Source: Neodothiora populina
Lineage: Eukaryota
DNA: 64,000 nucleotides
Direction of reading: 5' to 3'
Assembly: GCF_041146345.1 (NCBI RefSeq)
Contig: NW_027191405.1
Location: forward strand, 248,001-312,000
Position 1 is the first letter of the stretch; every line of letters begins with the position of its first letter. Of this stretch, positions 1-13,894 are shown piece after piece. Under the pieces are notes generated by a model. The model was not told the origin of the DNA. It worked only from the letters and a program-made list of their open reading frames with translations, and searched no databases. Both the position numbers and the translations under genes were made by a program.

Positions 1-1127
1 GAAGCCTTCCTCCGCTTCGACCAAGTCGTCCTCCGTGAGCACCAAGGCCACTTCCACAAGCCAGTCGTCGAGCATTGCTGCAGCCACGTCGAAAAGCGCG
101 AGTTCAACAGCAACGTCTGGTGAAGCAGCTTCGTCGACGAGGGAGACTTCGAGCAGTGCATCTGCGACCAGTGATTCCGTTCCAACGAGTTCTTCGAGTT
201 TCTCTTCTTCCTCTTCTCTTTCTTCTTCTCTCTCATCTGTCACCCCCTCATCCGCATCCTCTACCACTTCCTCTTCCTCTCTCACTTCATCGGACACACC
301 ATCTTCCACTTCCTCAGACGTGCCCTCCTCCACTTCCGCAGACGCACCTTCTTCTACCGCTGTCATAAACACCCCAATTACAACATCTGAACTGCCCTCT
401 TCCACTTCGAGCACCTCAGACACCCCCCAACAGGTCAATAACACATTCCCCAAACACTACATCAGACATGAAACCACGCTTTCATAGCTGTACATCGAAC
501 ATTGTTTGCTGACAATTTTCTATAGTCTACCATCGCAGCCGCTGCACCTGCTGTTGCCACCACCTACAACGAGAAGGTCATTGCTCACCACAACGTTCAC
601 CGTTCCAACCACTCAGCCCCTGTCCTGACCTGGAGCGATGACCTCGCCAACACTGCCGCTGCGATTGCGGCCACCTGCGTCTACGCTCACAACACCACTG
701 CCGGCGGCGGTGGCTACGGCCAGAACATCGCTGCTGGTGTCGAGGCCACCAACGTCTCTTCCGTCATCACTGACCTCTTCTACAACGGTGAGGTTGGCTT
801 CTTCGATGGTCTCTACGGTCAGGCCAACCCTGACATGAGCAACTTCGAGAGCTGGGGTCACTTCTCCCAGATTGTCTGGAAGGGCACCAACCAGGTCGGC
901 TGCGCCACCCACGACTGCAGTGCCACTGGTCTCGCCAACACTGGTACCGGTGTTTCTCCCTTCTTCACTGTCTGCAACTACGGTCCTCCCGGTATGTGTC
1001 ATCGAACTGGATTTGTTTGTGATAGCGATTACTAACAGCGAAATCAGGCAACTACGCTGGCGAGTACGCCGACAACGTTGGCAACTCTCTCAACCGCGCT
1101 ACCGTTGATTCGAACTACGGTCAGTAA
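1..1127 (+). CDS. CAP/SCP/PR-1 (PRY-like) protein with Ser/Thr-rich region; 5' end lies outside window
   Basis: Exon from 526 reads HHNVHRSNHSAPVLTWSDDLA...YGQNIAAG...WGHFSQIVWKGTNQVGC...VCNYGPPGN (CAP signatures). Introns 434-525 (or 35-525) and 992-1047; stop TAA ends 1127. Confidence 0.9.
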
Positions 1128-2672
1128 ATGTCCTGGAGACACTCATGGACAGAACAACCAAAATGGAACGAGCATCCTCAGGAGGAGCCGAAGCAGCAAA
1201 TTGTCGGGTACAAAATAGAGGCCAATTGCGAAAAGGGGCTATTATCGCACACGATTCTGATTCTATGATGGCATCGAAGGGGGTGATGGGGCATGCAGGA
1301 CTGGTTTCTTCATACATCATTTCGCTCCTGGCGAAGATGAATGGCATGGCTTGCCTATTAGGGGTTTTCTTTTCTTTTTCTTTTCTTTCGACGAAAGAGT
1401 CGGGGTCAAGAGAGGAGGACTCGAGCGTCAAAGTCAGGCACGCGAGGCCGATTTCTTCACCTTCGTTGTTTATACATTTGCAATGTTTCTATTTTTGCTA
1501 AGAGAGAGAGTGGTTTGGTGTGGTTCTTTTTGGAAGGGTTGTGGTGGTGGATTACCGTAGCTTCAGCTTTAGAAGATGCAAACGAGAAAAGACTTGAATC
1601 TCGCCGATTGAATTGAATGATGATTTGGTGTCTACATTATATCCTTTTGTTTCTTTCTGTGCTTGTTCAACTGGTTTTGGGTGTTTTATCAAGGTAGATA
1701 AGTGGATTGTAAGTACCTTGACTCGTAGAGCAAAGAAGGACTCGTGACGCATGCAGAGATGCCTGTTTCCGGCTCGCCATGCACAGGTATGAGAATAGAT
1801 ACTGCAACTGCAGGGTAGGCAAGTCAAAAAGACATCATGACGATCGCGGACATGGTCGGTAATAATGCAAGGTCACGGTAAGGTTAAGATGCCAATCTTG
1901 GATGAGGTACCGAGCCCTCGAGGAACATGTGGGGTCGTTGTTCCGATGACGGAGGATGATGGAGGCGGAGGTCCCCGCAGGTGATGCAAGAATGAAATGA
2001 GAAGCTTGTGATAAGACACTTGCTTTAGGTACTGTAAGATAGGTAAGGTAACTGCTTGTTCTGTACCACTGTATGCCTGCAACATGAGTATGAGCTGGAC
2101 CGTACCTTATATTTCTCATTATTTCTTTGGTCATCAGACGACCAAACACGGATAAAGCTCTGACGCTCTTCACTTGTTAGATCTAAGACGTGCGCATGTC
2201 TCTAAGACGGGGTTTGATATCGTCTGGGAGAACTGACACTAGATCATTTACCCCAACGTTCACTGGTCAGCAGCAGCAACAGCAGCAGCATCAGCAACAA
2301 GAGCAGCATCAACCCCGCCACCGCTTTGCCTCTCGCCGCAATCGCAATCGCAGCGATTGCGCTATCTGGTGGAGCCGCAAGAGGCTTCCTTCGCTTTCTA
2401 TCGGGTTACCGCAAACGACCTCGGGTCGCTCCATCGCACTACTCTCATCCCACATTATCGACACAAGCATCGTAATAACGCGAGATTATCATTATCATCA
2501 TTGCTTGTCGCTACTGTCGTCGTCGTTGTTGTCGCTTGGTTTAGCATTAGGATCAACGAGCAGCACACCAAGTCGTTTACGTACGTCCCCGCTACCGCTG
2601 CCGCCTTTGCTGCCACAACCAGTAGTGGACCGACGTCAATTGTCACCCAACTTCGCGATCCACGGCCGCAAC

Positions 2673-5213
2673 ATGTCAACCTCGGCTGTGAATTTCTCGT
2701 CTTCGGCATCGCATCCTGTAGGATCCAGTGGTGCTCATCTGCTCCCCCTGACAAACAGATGTGAGGAGAGCAAATCGCCATATGTACGTCAGTCCAGCTT
2801 CTAGATCGTCCCGTCCCTTTCGCGAGCCTAAACGGAAGTGGGCCGGGCCAATCTCACGAGTCAATCTAATCGTCATATTAAACCCACCGCCTATGTCTAT
2901 CTTGTTATTTGCTATAATGTTCTCTTGATACCATACAGTCACACTAATCCTTCTCGCCATCCAGGTCCGGTCACATGCTTCTAATCCGACAGCATGGCAG
3001 CTATGGACTCCGGAAACACTGGCCCTGGCCAAAGAGACCAATCGTCTGATCTTTGTGTCGATAGGATACTCGGCCTGTCATTGGTGCCATGTCATGGCGC
3101 ACGAGTCGTTCGCTGATGAGCGCGTCGCACGTTTGCTGAACGAGAACTTCATTCCGATCAAGATCGACCGCGAGGAACGCCCGGACATCGACAAGGTCTA
3201 CATGGACTTTTTGCAGGCCACTTCCGGCGGTGGTGGCTGGCCGTTGAATGTCTTTGTCACGCCGGACCTGGAACCCATCTTCGGTGGCACCTACTGGCCT
3301 GGTCCGGAGAGTGAGAGAGCCAAAGGAGCGCAGGGAGCCGGATTCGAGGACATCCTGAAAAGAGTCGCGAGCGCGTGGAAGGAACAGGAGCAACGGTGTA
3401 GGGAAAGCGCAAAACAGATCACTGCTCAGCTCAAAGAGTTTGCGCAAGAGGGCACGCTGAGCGGACCCACGAAGAGTCAAGAGCTTGGGCAGGGCGACGA
3501 CGACGCATTAGAACTGGAACTGCTAGAGGACGCTTATCAGCACTATCGCGCCAGATTCGACAAGACGTTTGGAGGCTTTGGCAGCGCTCCCAAGTTCCCG
3601 ACGCCTAGTCACCTGGCCTTTCTGCTGAGACTGGGAGAATGGGATGGGATTGTGAAAGATGTCGTCGGCGAGGATGAAGTGCAGAACGCAAGAGCCATGG
3701 CTGTCAAGACGCTGGAACACATGGCCAGAGGCGGTATCAAGGACCAGATCGGCAATGGCTTTGCGAGATACTCTGTCACTCGCGATTGGAGCCTGCCGCA
3801 CTTTGAGAAAATGTCAGTCGGTTGTTGAAGCATTGTTTGGTCAAGGATTTACTGACAATGCGCAGGCTGTACGATAATGCCCAGCTCCTTTCGCTCTACC
3901 TCGACGCATGGCTCATCACGTCCAACCCCTTGTTCCTCGATACTGTCCACGACATCGCTACCTACTTGACCAGTCCACCCATCCAGAGCTCCACCGGAGG
4001 CTTTCACGCATCGGAAGATGCAGACAGTGCGCCGTCCGCATACGACTCGGAGCACAAAGAGGGGGCATTCTACGTCTGGTCATCGTCTTCCTTCCACAAA
4101 GCCATCGAAGACGACAAGATGGCCGAGATCTGCGCTCGCTACTGGAATGTCCGCGAGGACGGCAATGTCTCGCCACGTTACGACGTCCAGAGCGAGCTTG
4201 AAGGTCAGAACACGCTGAGCGTCACCTGCACTATCCCCGAACTCGCGAAAGAGTTTGCTATCTCCGAGTCGGATGCTGTCAAGTCGGTGACAACAGGACG
4301 CGCTCAACTGCTCGCATGGCGAGAACGCGAACGACCTCGTCCCCATCTTGATGACAAGATCGTCGTTTCTTGGAACGGCCTTGCCATCTCCGCCCTTGCA
4401 CGCACCGCTACCGCTCTCGCCGACTCAGACCCTCAAGCCAGCAAGACTTACCTTGCAGCAGCCGAGTCTGCCACCATATTCATATCTCGAGAGCTATACG
4501 ACACGTCCAGCAAGACGCTTCGCCGAGTCTACCGTGAAGGTGCCGGCGCCACAAATGGGTTCGCTGACGACTACGCCTTCCTCATTTCTGGCCTGATTGA
4601 TCTCTACGAGGCCACCTTCAACGACGCATATCTGTCCTGGGCTGACGACCTACAAAAGACTCAGAACGCATTGTTCCTGGATCAGAAGCGCGGCGGATAT
4701 TACGGCACACCTGAACACCAAGCGGATATTCTGATACGGAGCAAAGACGCCATGGACAACGCTGAGCCTAGCGCCAACGGAGCCAGCGCAGGAAACCTAT
4801 TCCGCTTGGCTGCACTGCTAGAGGATCATTCGTATGCAGCATTGGCGAACCGTACGCTGCGGGCCTTCGAAGTGGAGATGGGTCAACATCCCGGGCTCTT
4901 CACGGGTCTCATGTCCGGTATCGTGTGCGCGCGCCTCGGTGTCAAGCCGGTTGTCATCGCCGGCCCAGATGACGGCAGTAGCAACGGTGAAGTGAGCCAG
5001 GCGCTCAGGACACTGAGGAGCATGTGCAGGCCTGGCTCGACAGTTGTTCGTATCGGCGGTGCTCAAGCGCAGAGCGACTGGTTGAGGAGCAGGAACGAGG
5101 TCCTCGCCCAGGTAGATCCACAGAGACAAATGGTGCAGGTTTGCGAGGGGACGAGTTGCAAGCTTATCAAGGCGAGCGAAATCGTCGAGATACTCAAGGG
5201 GACGCATGTGTAG
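2673..5213 (+). CDS. SPATA20/YyaL-like protein (DUF255 thioredoxin-like domain + six-hairpin glycosidase-like domain)
   Basis: NRCEESKSPY|VRSHASNPTAWQ, IGYSACHWCHVMAHESF, GGGWPL, APKFP, PHFEKMLYDNAQL, LDDKIVVSWNGL. Introns 2784-2964 and 3813-3865. An in-frame upstream ATG at 2196 is possible. Confidence 0.9.
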
Positions 5214-5821
5214 ATGGTCTTGGCCGGAGTGCATGTCTCGACATGCGGAAGGAGACAAGGAAGAGATACAGAGGTGGGACGGGAAAGTGTAGACTACAAG
5301 AGATCGGCAGAGGGAAGCATCTATGGCGACATGATTGATTATTGGGGTAGAGGACAGGCGAAGATGATGGAGGGGTGTTTATGGTACTTGTAGATCTCTC
5401 TGCATGGACGAGGGACAATCAACGATACCTGCCCTTGCGTTTCTGGGGCACGCTTCTTCAGCTTTCATCACTCTTCTTTTCTCTCCGGCATGCTCTTCTA
5501 GTGCTTGTATAAAGCTGGGAATAAAATCGGTGTACGACTCGGTGATTAAAAGTTGCGTGCGGCGATAAGCCGGGGACGGAAGCTTTCCCCCACAAAATCT
5601 TGGCCTCAGATGACGACTGGGAAGGAGCGCGCTCGCGGTTCAGGGACGAGCCGAAACGTGTTGTTCCAAAAAGAGCATACCTTATTCTTGTTATTCTCGT
5701 GTCGACCTATTCCCATTTCTTTGCTGTTAGTCTCAATCAACAGGAACCAGGAGTGACGGCCAGAGGACAGAGCATTGAAGTCTCTCTCTCTTCCACCTCG
5801 TCTCTTCGTGCAGAACAGAAA

Positions 5822-8459
5822 ATGATGGCGCCCTCTCTGGGGCAGCTCTCGACGGCTGTATTGGCCGTCCTGCCGTTGCTGTCTGGTACAGCACAGGCTC
5901 AGAGTCAGGGAGCAGAAGGAGGAGATGCATCGTTGGTGTTCAGCAAGGCGTCCAATGATTCTTTACTATGGGGCCCTTATCGCCCGAATCTGTACTTTGG
6001 CGTCCGGCCCAGGATCCCAAAGAGTATCATGACAGGATTGTTGTGGGGTCAGGTCGATGATTACAAGACGGTTCCTCAAAGTGCGTTTCGGTTAGAGCAG
6101 AAGTGAGGGAACGTAACAAAGCTGACTGGCCTTGATTTTTTTGGTGGTGAATTGTAGGCATGCGGTTTACCTGTGAGCAGAACGAGGGCATGGCCGGCTA
6201 TGGATGGGAGTCGTATGATCCTCGATCCGGAGGTGTGCAACACATCCACGACAAGGAGAACGGACTCGATCTGACGACGGAATTTGTCAAGTTTCCTGAA
6301 CACGGCTCGCATGGTGGGTCATGGGGCGCGAGGATCAGAGGAACCCCTCGTGAGGACGCAAGTCCGGACATGCACACGGCCATTCTCTTCACAGTCGGCG
6401 TAGAGGGACTGGGTAGTTTGAATGTCGAGGGAGCGGAAGAGGAGGACCAGGAGGACAAGGGGTTCTTGGGCAATGTCAGGATCAGCGGAGAGACACCGGA
6501 GCTGGGCGAGTTTGCTTTCACCATCACCGAAGGACAGGGAGTTCGTCCTTCCCACGGCCACGAGCCGACATACCACGCGAAGCCTCTGGACAGGACAATG
6601 GTGCACAGTATCCAAGCCCCATTGGAGGCCCTGTGGCAGGCCAAGCCGCTTGTCTTTTCCAGCATGAAGACGACCATCGACGAGTATATCGAAGAGTTCA
6701 CCACCGAGAAAATGCCCCCTCCCTTCCAGACTTATACGATCCAAAACAAGCCTGGAGCTGGCAACTTCCACATGATCCAGAAAGTCTTTGAGGGTGCCTT
6801 TGAGTTTGATGTCGTCTTTTCCTCGGCATCAGGACTCGAGCCCATCACCTCTGAGGATCTCACTAAACAGATCGAGTCCAACAACAAGGCTTTTGCTGCA
6901 CAGTACGAACAGGCCTTCCAGCCTTCCAAGCCCTTTGACGAGCCTCGCTATCTTGAATTCTCCAAGTCGCTCTTTTCCAATCTCATCGGAGGTATTGGTT
7001 ACTTTTATGGTGATGCCGTCGTCGATCGATCTTACGCACCGGAGTACGAGGAGGAGAACGAAGGTTTCTGGCAAGAGACAGCCGAAGCAAGAGCCAGGAA
7101 CCAGCAGGAGCTCGAGGGTCCTTATGAGTTGTTCAGCAGTATCCCTTCGCGTCCCTTTTTCCCTCGTGGCTTCCTCTGGGATGAAGGATTTCATCTCCTA
7201 CCAATTATTGACTGGGATGTCGATGTTACCCTGCAGATCATCAAGAGCTGGTTCAACCTGATGGACGAGGATGGATGGATCATGCGCGAGACCATTCTCG
7301 GCAACGAGGCGCGCAGCAAGGTGCCTCAGGAGTTCCAGACTCAGTACCCGCACTACGCCAATCCTCCCACTTTGTTCTTCGTTCTCCGCGCTTTCCTGGA
7401 CAAGATCGCTGAACAGTCATCGCCATCGTCTGCTCACGGCAAGGAGCCTCTCGGCCACCCAGAGGCCAACAAGGTTCTCGGTGACAAAGAAACAGCCATG
7501 TCCTATCTGCGTGATCTGTATCCATTGTTGAAACGCCACTTTGAGTGGTTCCGCAAGACTCAATGGGGTGACCTCAAGACCTACGACCGTCCCGCATTTT
7601 CTTCCAAGGAGGGCTACCGCTGGCGCGGAAGCACGCAGACTCATCTTTTGACCTCTGGACTGGACGACTATCCCCGACCTCAACCACCTCACCCAGGCGA
7701 GTTGCACACTGATCTGATCAGCTGGATGGGCATGATGAGCAGAGCCATGAAGCGTATTGCCACTTCGCTGGACGAGACCGAGGACGCCGCAACCTATGGC
7801 AAGATGGAGGAGGCCATCATAAAGAACATTGACGACCTGCACTGGGACGAGAAGGCGCAAGCCTACTGTGATGCCACCATTGACGATTACGAGGAGAGCG
7901 TGCACGTGTGCCACAAGGGCTACATTTCACTCTTTCCATTCATGACTGGTCTCATGGACCCCAAACATCCTCATCTGAAGGCTGTCCTCGACTTGATCGC
8001 TGACGAGGAAGAGCTCTGGAGTCCCTTTGGAGTCAGATCTCTGTCCAAACAAGACGACTATTACGGCACCGCAGAGAACTACTGGAGAAGCCCTGTGTGG
8101 ATGAACATGAACTATCTGATCGTCAAGGAGTTATACGTAAGCCACAAATTTCCTTTCTCCCATCACCACCAGTACCCAACACTGACCCCTTCCTCCCCTT
8201 ACAGACTATCGCCACAGCGCCCGGTCCACACAAGAAGCAGGCAAAGAACATGTACGACGAGCTGCGCAAGAACCTCGTCAAGACCGTCTACAACAGCTGG
8301 AAAGAAACCGGCTTCGCATGGGAGCAATACAACCCGGAGACAGGCAAAGGGCAGAGAACCCAGCACTTCACCGGCTGGACGAGTCTGGTCGTCAAGATCA
8401 TGAGAATGCCAGCAGTTGGGGATAGCAAGGCGAAGGGAGGCGCGCACGATGAGTTGTAG
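5822..8459 (+). CDS. CWH41: Mannosyl-oligosaccharide glucosidase (ER glucosidase I, GH63)
   Basis: SLLWGPYRPNLYFG, PSRPFFPRGFLWDEGFH, SGLDDYPR, YWRSPVWMNMNY, HFTGWTSLV. N-terminal hydrophobic segment and C-terminal HDEL. Introns 6081-6157 and 8137-8204. Confidence 0.95.
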
Positions 8460-10112
8460 ACAGGCATTGACGATAGAAAAGTGGCTTTTATCGGGAAAAG
8501 GCCAAGAGTAAATGGAACCTGTATATTGTACATTTCACTGTGGCGAGCGATGTCTGGATATCTGAGAAGACTCGGCAGAGACGCTCCGATCATCTGTAAC
8601 TCATACATACGTTCGCTTCATCACGTCGATAAGGAGGTTTGCTTCGCCCTGTTCTCGTCGACTATGCTATTGTGTCATACGCGCGTACACCTCTCTGCAG
8701 CTCGCCCACGCCTTGTATGATTATCAGCCAGGCACGATTCCACCATCGTTCTGGTTCAATCCCTCATGATGCAATCTACTTGATCCAGTAACCATTCCAG
8801 TCCTACATGAACAGTCATTCAATCAATAAATCAATCAAGCCAAATCATCACGAAACGAGAAGTAAAAGGAAGCTCAAAGGACAGGGTTACCGCGTATCCC
8901 CCTACCTCACCTCGCTAGAGAAGCCACTAAATCCAATCTTCCACAATTACGCATACAGACTGCTAATTGTGTCTTCCTAGTTCCCATGAGTTGGGGCGGG
9001 GAAGATCCAAGGCAGACTGATGAAAAGGTACTTTTCAACACCTGTGGACTGAATGGCAAAGAACCCCTTATTCCCCTGTCTCTTTAGACCGTCTCCAGGC
9101 TTCTCATCGCTAAAAGGAGCATATACGGGGCAAAGAAAGCAAGTCCTACATTTCTGCGTCGAACTTGCAGCAAGCAAGGCAAGTAATGCAAGAGAAGCAT
9201 GAGGGACAAACATGAAGGAAGGGAAAGGACAGGGTCGTCGCCATCACTCAACACAACACCTTTCATGACGATCGATAAGTATTACTAAAGTGTCGTTTCG
9301 ATCTCATCCGTACCCTCCTCCTCTGAGGTACAGTATATCCATATTGTGCATCGCGAAAAGAGAGTCGTATCATACCTGCCGCTGGCAACTATCAATCAAT
9401 GTTTATTGTTCTGACTGGACCAGTCTCTAGTCGGATCGAGGAAAGCGTGGTGATGTACGTTCACGTTCAAACACACCGCAGTCCTAAGCTTTGGTTTATC
9501 CTCGCTGCCGTTACAGGTGTCTTACATGGTGATGGTGATGTACATAGGCGTTCTTGACCAAGGAAAAAGCAAGTGCTTGACTTTGGATCCGATGAGACGT
9601 AAGCGATTATCTAGCTCAATCATTGATTGAAGACACGAGGGGATGGAAGGCGATAGAGAGACAGGGTCGCCCTCACTCCAGCCCATTGACAATCTCAAAA
9701 GAGTCGTCGACGGAAAAGCAGAGACACAGAAAGAAATTGTCGAAGTCTTGAGGCCTAGCGTTCGACATGCGCCCACTGCAGCCTAAGAAGAGAAAGCATG
9801 TGATTGAAGAACAATATCTGGGTTATTTCGATCCGTCGTCTGCTATATTGTCCTATGTTCTACAAATCACCGGTATCGTTCGTGCTAAGACAGTCACCAG
9901 ACCGCATTCCAGACAGGAAGTACACACGGCTTCGATTGCTTACGCTTACATTTTCTGCTTCTTGTCGAGTCCAGGTCTAGGAGCACTCGGAGGGCTGTGT
10001 CTCCACTAACCAGCACATCGGTCCCAGCAGATGACCTCGCATGCTCTGCGAGGCTCATCCATGTCTCTCACCCTCCGATACATCATCAGCTCTGAGTCCA
10101 GGCCTAGGAGGA

Positions 10113-10142
10113 GAAGAAGAAGAAGAAGAAGAAGAAGAAGAA
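10113..10142. repeat. (GAA)10 microsatellite, intergenic
   Basis: Directly visible tandem GAA run. Confidence 0.9.
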
Positions 10143-11597
10143 GAGATGGGATGCAAGAAGACATTACCCAGCCAGGACTCGAATCTGCATGCTATATTTC
10201 TGTATCTCTGGAAGCGAGGCACGCTTGATGCAGAAGGCCAGGCTAGAGCTGTCAAGTGGTATGGATTTGGCACAACACTATGCATTGCTTTCGCCATGTC
10301 ATAGCTGTAGTCATTACAAGTCGGCGATGGAAAGTGTTGCATAGCACCAAGTGGCTTAGTTTTCAAAGGAATGTAATCACCGCCGTATAAGCCCAGAAGT
10401 GCAGAGTTTGCACGGACAATATGGCTATATCGAGACCGAGAACCACGAAGGCGGTGTTTCGTCGTATTCGTCATTGAGACGAACACCAAGTGAAGAAAAA
10501 AGCAAGTTCGAGTCGTCGTTATGCACGTCATGCTGTAGTGCATCGGAGTAAGAAAAGCGAGACAAGCTTGATATCATTCCACATGCAGTATACAGCGCAC
10601 CTACCTACCTCAACCTAATATTTCATCATTGCCAACATAACCTCGCAAAAGAATCCCCCAGAGCCAAGTTAGATAGATCATAATCAGACACAGAACCATT
10701 GGACCATGACGAACAGCATCTTGCGTTTTCCTATTTTTGCATGTCATGCCGGATTCGGTCGGAGTGGAAGGGAAGTTGGACCCTGGAATCCTACGAAACG
10801 CCTTGTTTTTTTTCTCTTCGCTTCATGAAAACATGTTTGGCGTATAGTGATACGAGAAAGAGGTTACCACATCCGACGTGTACCGCCAACATCTCACGTC
10901 TGTATAGTCGTCTGTTATGTTCGCTCGCTCATCTTCACACTATAGCAAGAAAAGTCTTTATTTGGTTTGCGAATCTCCGATTGGCTGCCCTGTAGCAAAA
11001 GACGAACGTCGAAATAAGCAGCGCAGCCCTGTCCTGTCACAACATGAGAGACCTGCAGCGGAAGGATCACCAAGTCTATCAAACGCACGTTGATAAGACC
11101 AGAAAACGTCTTGTCAGTGTCGTGCAGCCAGAAGGATTGAGAAGGAGCACCAAGTCTCTTCTGCAGTAGTCTCATCTTGCTCTGCCGGCAAAACACAAGA
11201 TGTCATGCAGCGGTAGGATTCGACGGCTGCATCGAACCAAGATAGCAACCATCCAATGTCTTGCAGCAAAGAGGATCAATAACGTTTTGTGGTTGTAGTG
11301 GGTAGGAATGCTAATTCGATCCATGTTGGTGATCCGATCTTGTGGCGTTTTTGGTGGCTTGGTATAGCAAACCTAGTTCGAAGCGGCGGACAAGATAGAC
11401 TATTTTCTAATTCTAACCACTGTTCATGTGAGTCGTCATACCAGAAGATCGCGGTGCAAGAGCAAGAAAATAATAAAGTCGTCCTTGTGGATCAGATGCT
11501 GTTGTGCTATAGATTCAGGTAGACGATGCTTCCGGCCTCCCAGCAATATCGCAAGGTCGACATGCTACCTCGCATCACCTTCGCTCAGAAGTAGTGA

Positions 11598-12763
11598 TTA
11601 CTTGCTCAGCCATTCGCTTGCCTCTTCTCGCCAAGCGAACACAGACCGACCATTGCCTTGACCGATGATTTCGATGGACTCATCGAAATTACAAAGTCTT
11701 TTATCTTTGGCATCGTCATTATTCGCGGAAGATGGGTCGTCTCGCCATATTTCAATGCCGTGCCAGAGTCTTTGAGCTTTCAGCATCAAGGCTACGCGTT
11801 GGGCTTGTGTAAGATCTGCGACTTCGAACAAAGCAATCTTTGAGCCAGCCTTACGCGCAATCTCCATAAGGCGGGGGTAGAAAACATCTCCAAGATCGAC
11901 TCCATGCAACTCGCATTTTCTGTCTGGAACCAGTGCTAGACGAGGCTCGAAGTTCCTCACTGAGCGTATGGTAGTGGTGTTGAATGCTTCCGGGGAAATG
12001 TATGGTGGATTGGAGATGAGTATGTCCCACTCCGAGGCGTCGGACTCCGCGTCGAACTCTCGCAGAACCTTCCACAATGAGGGCGCACTACCTTCATGTG
12101 TACCATGCTCGTCCGCAAGTACATCTGCCCTGACGAAGTCAAGCTTTCCTTTGATGCTTGTCCGTCTTCTTTGTTGCGCTAGAATGTTCTTGTTATGCTT
12201 GGCGAGGCTCACCGCATTTTCCGACACGTCCACTCCAAGCAGATGTAAACTTGTGACATGTGAATGCCGCTGCTCGAATTCATATCGGAAGAGCAGCGGT
12301 ATACATCCAGTACCAGTACATAGATCCAAAATACGCAACCCATCAGGTGGGCGCAGTAGTCTTTGAACGAGATTGGTGACGGAAGTGGCGGTTTCTTGTC
12401 TGGAATTCCGTGTTTCAATCTCAGCACCAAGGAGCAAGGGTATACAAATCTGGCTTACCTCGGGATGAGCACGCCAGGCCTACACGTTATTTCGAGATCT
12501 CCAAAGTATTCACTACCAAGCAGATACTGCAAGGGTACGCCACGCGCTCTCTCACGACATAGTTGATGCAAAGAATGGCGCCACTTCACCTTGTGACATT
12601 GTCCTGCATGTTGAGGCTGTTGACTGCGGACCCTTGCAAATTCCCTGAGCCAGCGCAACTCATTCTGCGCCGCTCTGACATCGCGTGTAGCCTGTAGAAC
12701 CAATGGAAGCAGCGCATCGATAGCCCTCGCCTGATGGAACAATGACGGCTTCAGTCTCGGCAT
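11598..12763 (-). CDS. MTQ1: Mitochondrial release-factor N5-glutamine methyltransferase (HemK/PrmC family)
   Basis: ARGVPLQYLLG...VLIPR|QET, ILDLCTGTGCI SAM motif, ISNPPY motif, VRNFEPRLAL. Intron 12400-12458. Arg-rich N-terminus. Confidence 0.88.
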
Positions 12764-13888
12764 AAAGTCTCCTGAATTGTTGTGAAGGAACACAATGAAC
12801 AGAGTACAGACCCCCAGCGATCGATCATCTGAACGCTTCTACCCCGGTCTTCTCAGGACTTTTGCAAGCGAAAGCTTTTGCCGCTGATAACTTGCCACCT
12901 CGACGTCCAATGTGCATCGATAACTGCTAAGATCACCACATATTAGTCGCACAGAGTGATCGTCAACAGTATAGACGGAGTATCTGCTGTCTCATGCATC
13001 TTGTTTCATTGAGCGCATTGTGTGTGTGTGTGTCGTGCAGTATAGATTATCTTGAACGGATATTGCGGTACACGCGGGGAAGACGGTACTTCGGATATCT
13101 CTCGTCAACCGTCGAACAGCCGCTCCACACGGACTCGAGTCCCCCCTCCCAAAACGTCGTACACGTCGGCTACGTGACAACGAATTGAGCCATTATTTTG
13201 GTCGGATGCAACTATTACCGCATTTCATGAACGCACAATGCATAGCACGGATTTGTCTGTGTTTCCGGGTGGTACACTGTTATTGGGAGCTAGGGATGGC
13301 CCGAGCCGTCAGGGGCCGAGTGCTTGTCTTCGAGTCCAATGTGCCTTATTGATGCTTGTGTAGGTAAGGAAACATGGTAACACACATGTACTATGACCAT
13401 CCATCGAGACAACAGCCTATTGGTCGGCTCCTTTCGGTAGACGTCTTCTAGAAGCAACATAAACATATGGATGCAATATGGGAATTGCGTCGGAAATGCA
13501 GTCATCGCACATCTTTTTCGTATTATCGACTATCCTAGGGGGCTCTATCGCAGGCTGTTTCATCTCTGTGCTCCACTGCTCATCCGATTTACCGCCAGAG
13601 CATGTGCGTCATCAGTCTGGTTGGCTCGTTCAACGCAAAACACAATGCACTCAAGCGTGCATACAAGGGCCGCAATGCACTATGGCCACTGCTTGCGTTG
13701 CATTACGGGGCAGTTCCGCAATAGCAATACGCTAAACTCATGCCTGGGACAGATCTGAGAGGGTTCGATTATTCCCAACGCCTATCGTTCTCTTATGCGT
13801 ACGACGACATACTGCCCCAAGCTTGAACAGGTACATGCATTGAACTACAGGATATCGGATGTCCTATGCCGTTCACGTCGAATATGGA

Positions 13889-13894
13889 TATAAG
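13889..13894 (+). promoter_or_regulatory. Putative TATA element of the NRPS-like gene
   Basis: TATAAG ~230 nt upstream of ATG 14123, followed by a CT-rich leader and CAAAATG start context. Confidence 0.4.

Noticed and set aside
10160..10200. TTCGAGTCC tRNA T-loop/B-box-like word on - strand (also GGTTCGA near 13762, 37536, 62271)
   Set aside because: No cloverleaf stems or A-box could be built around any of them.
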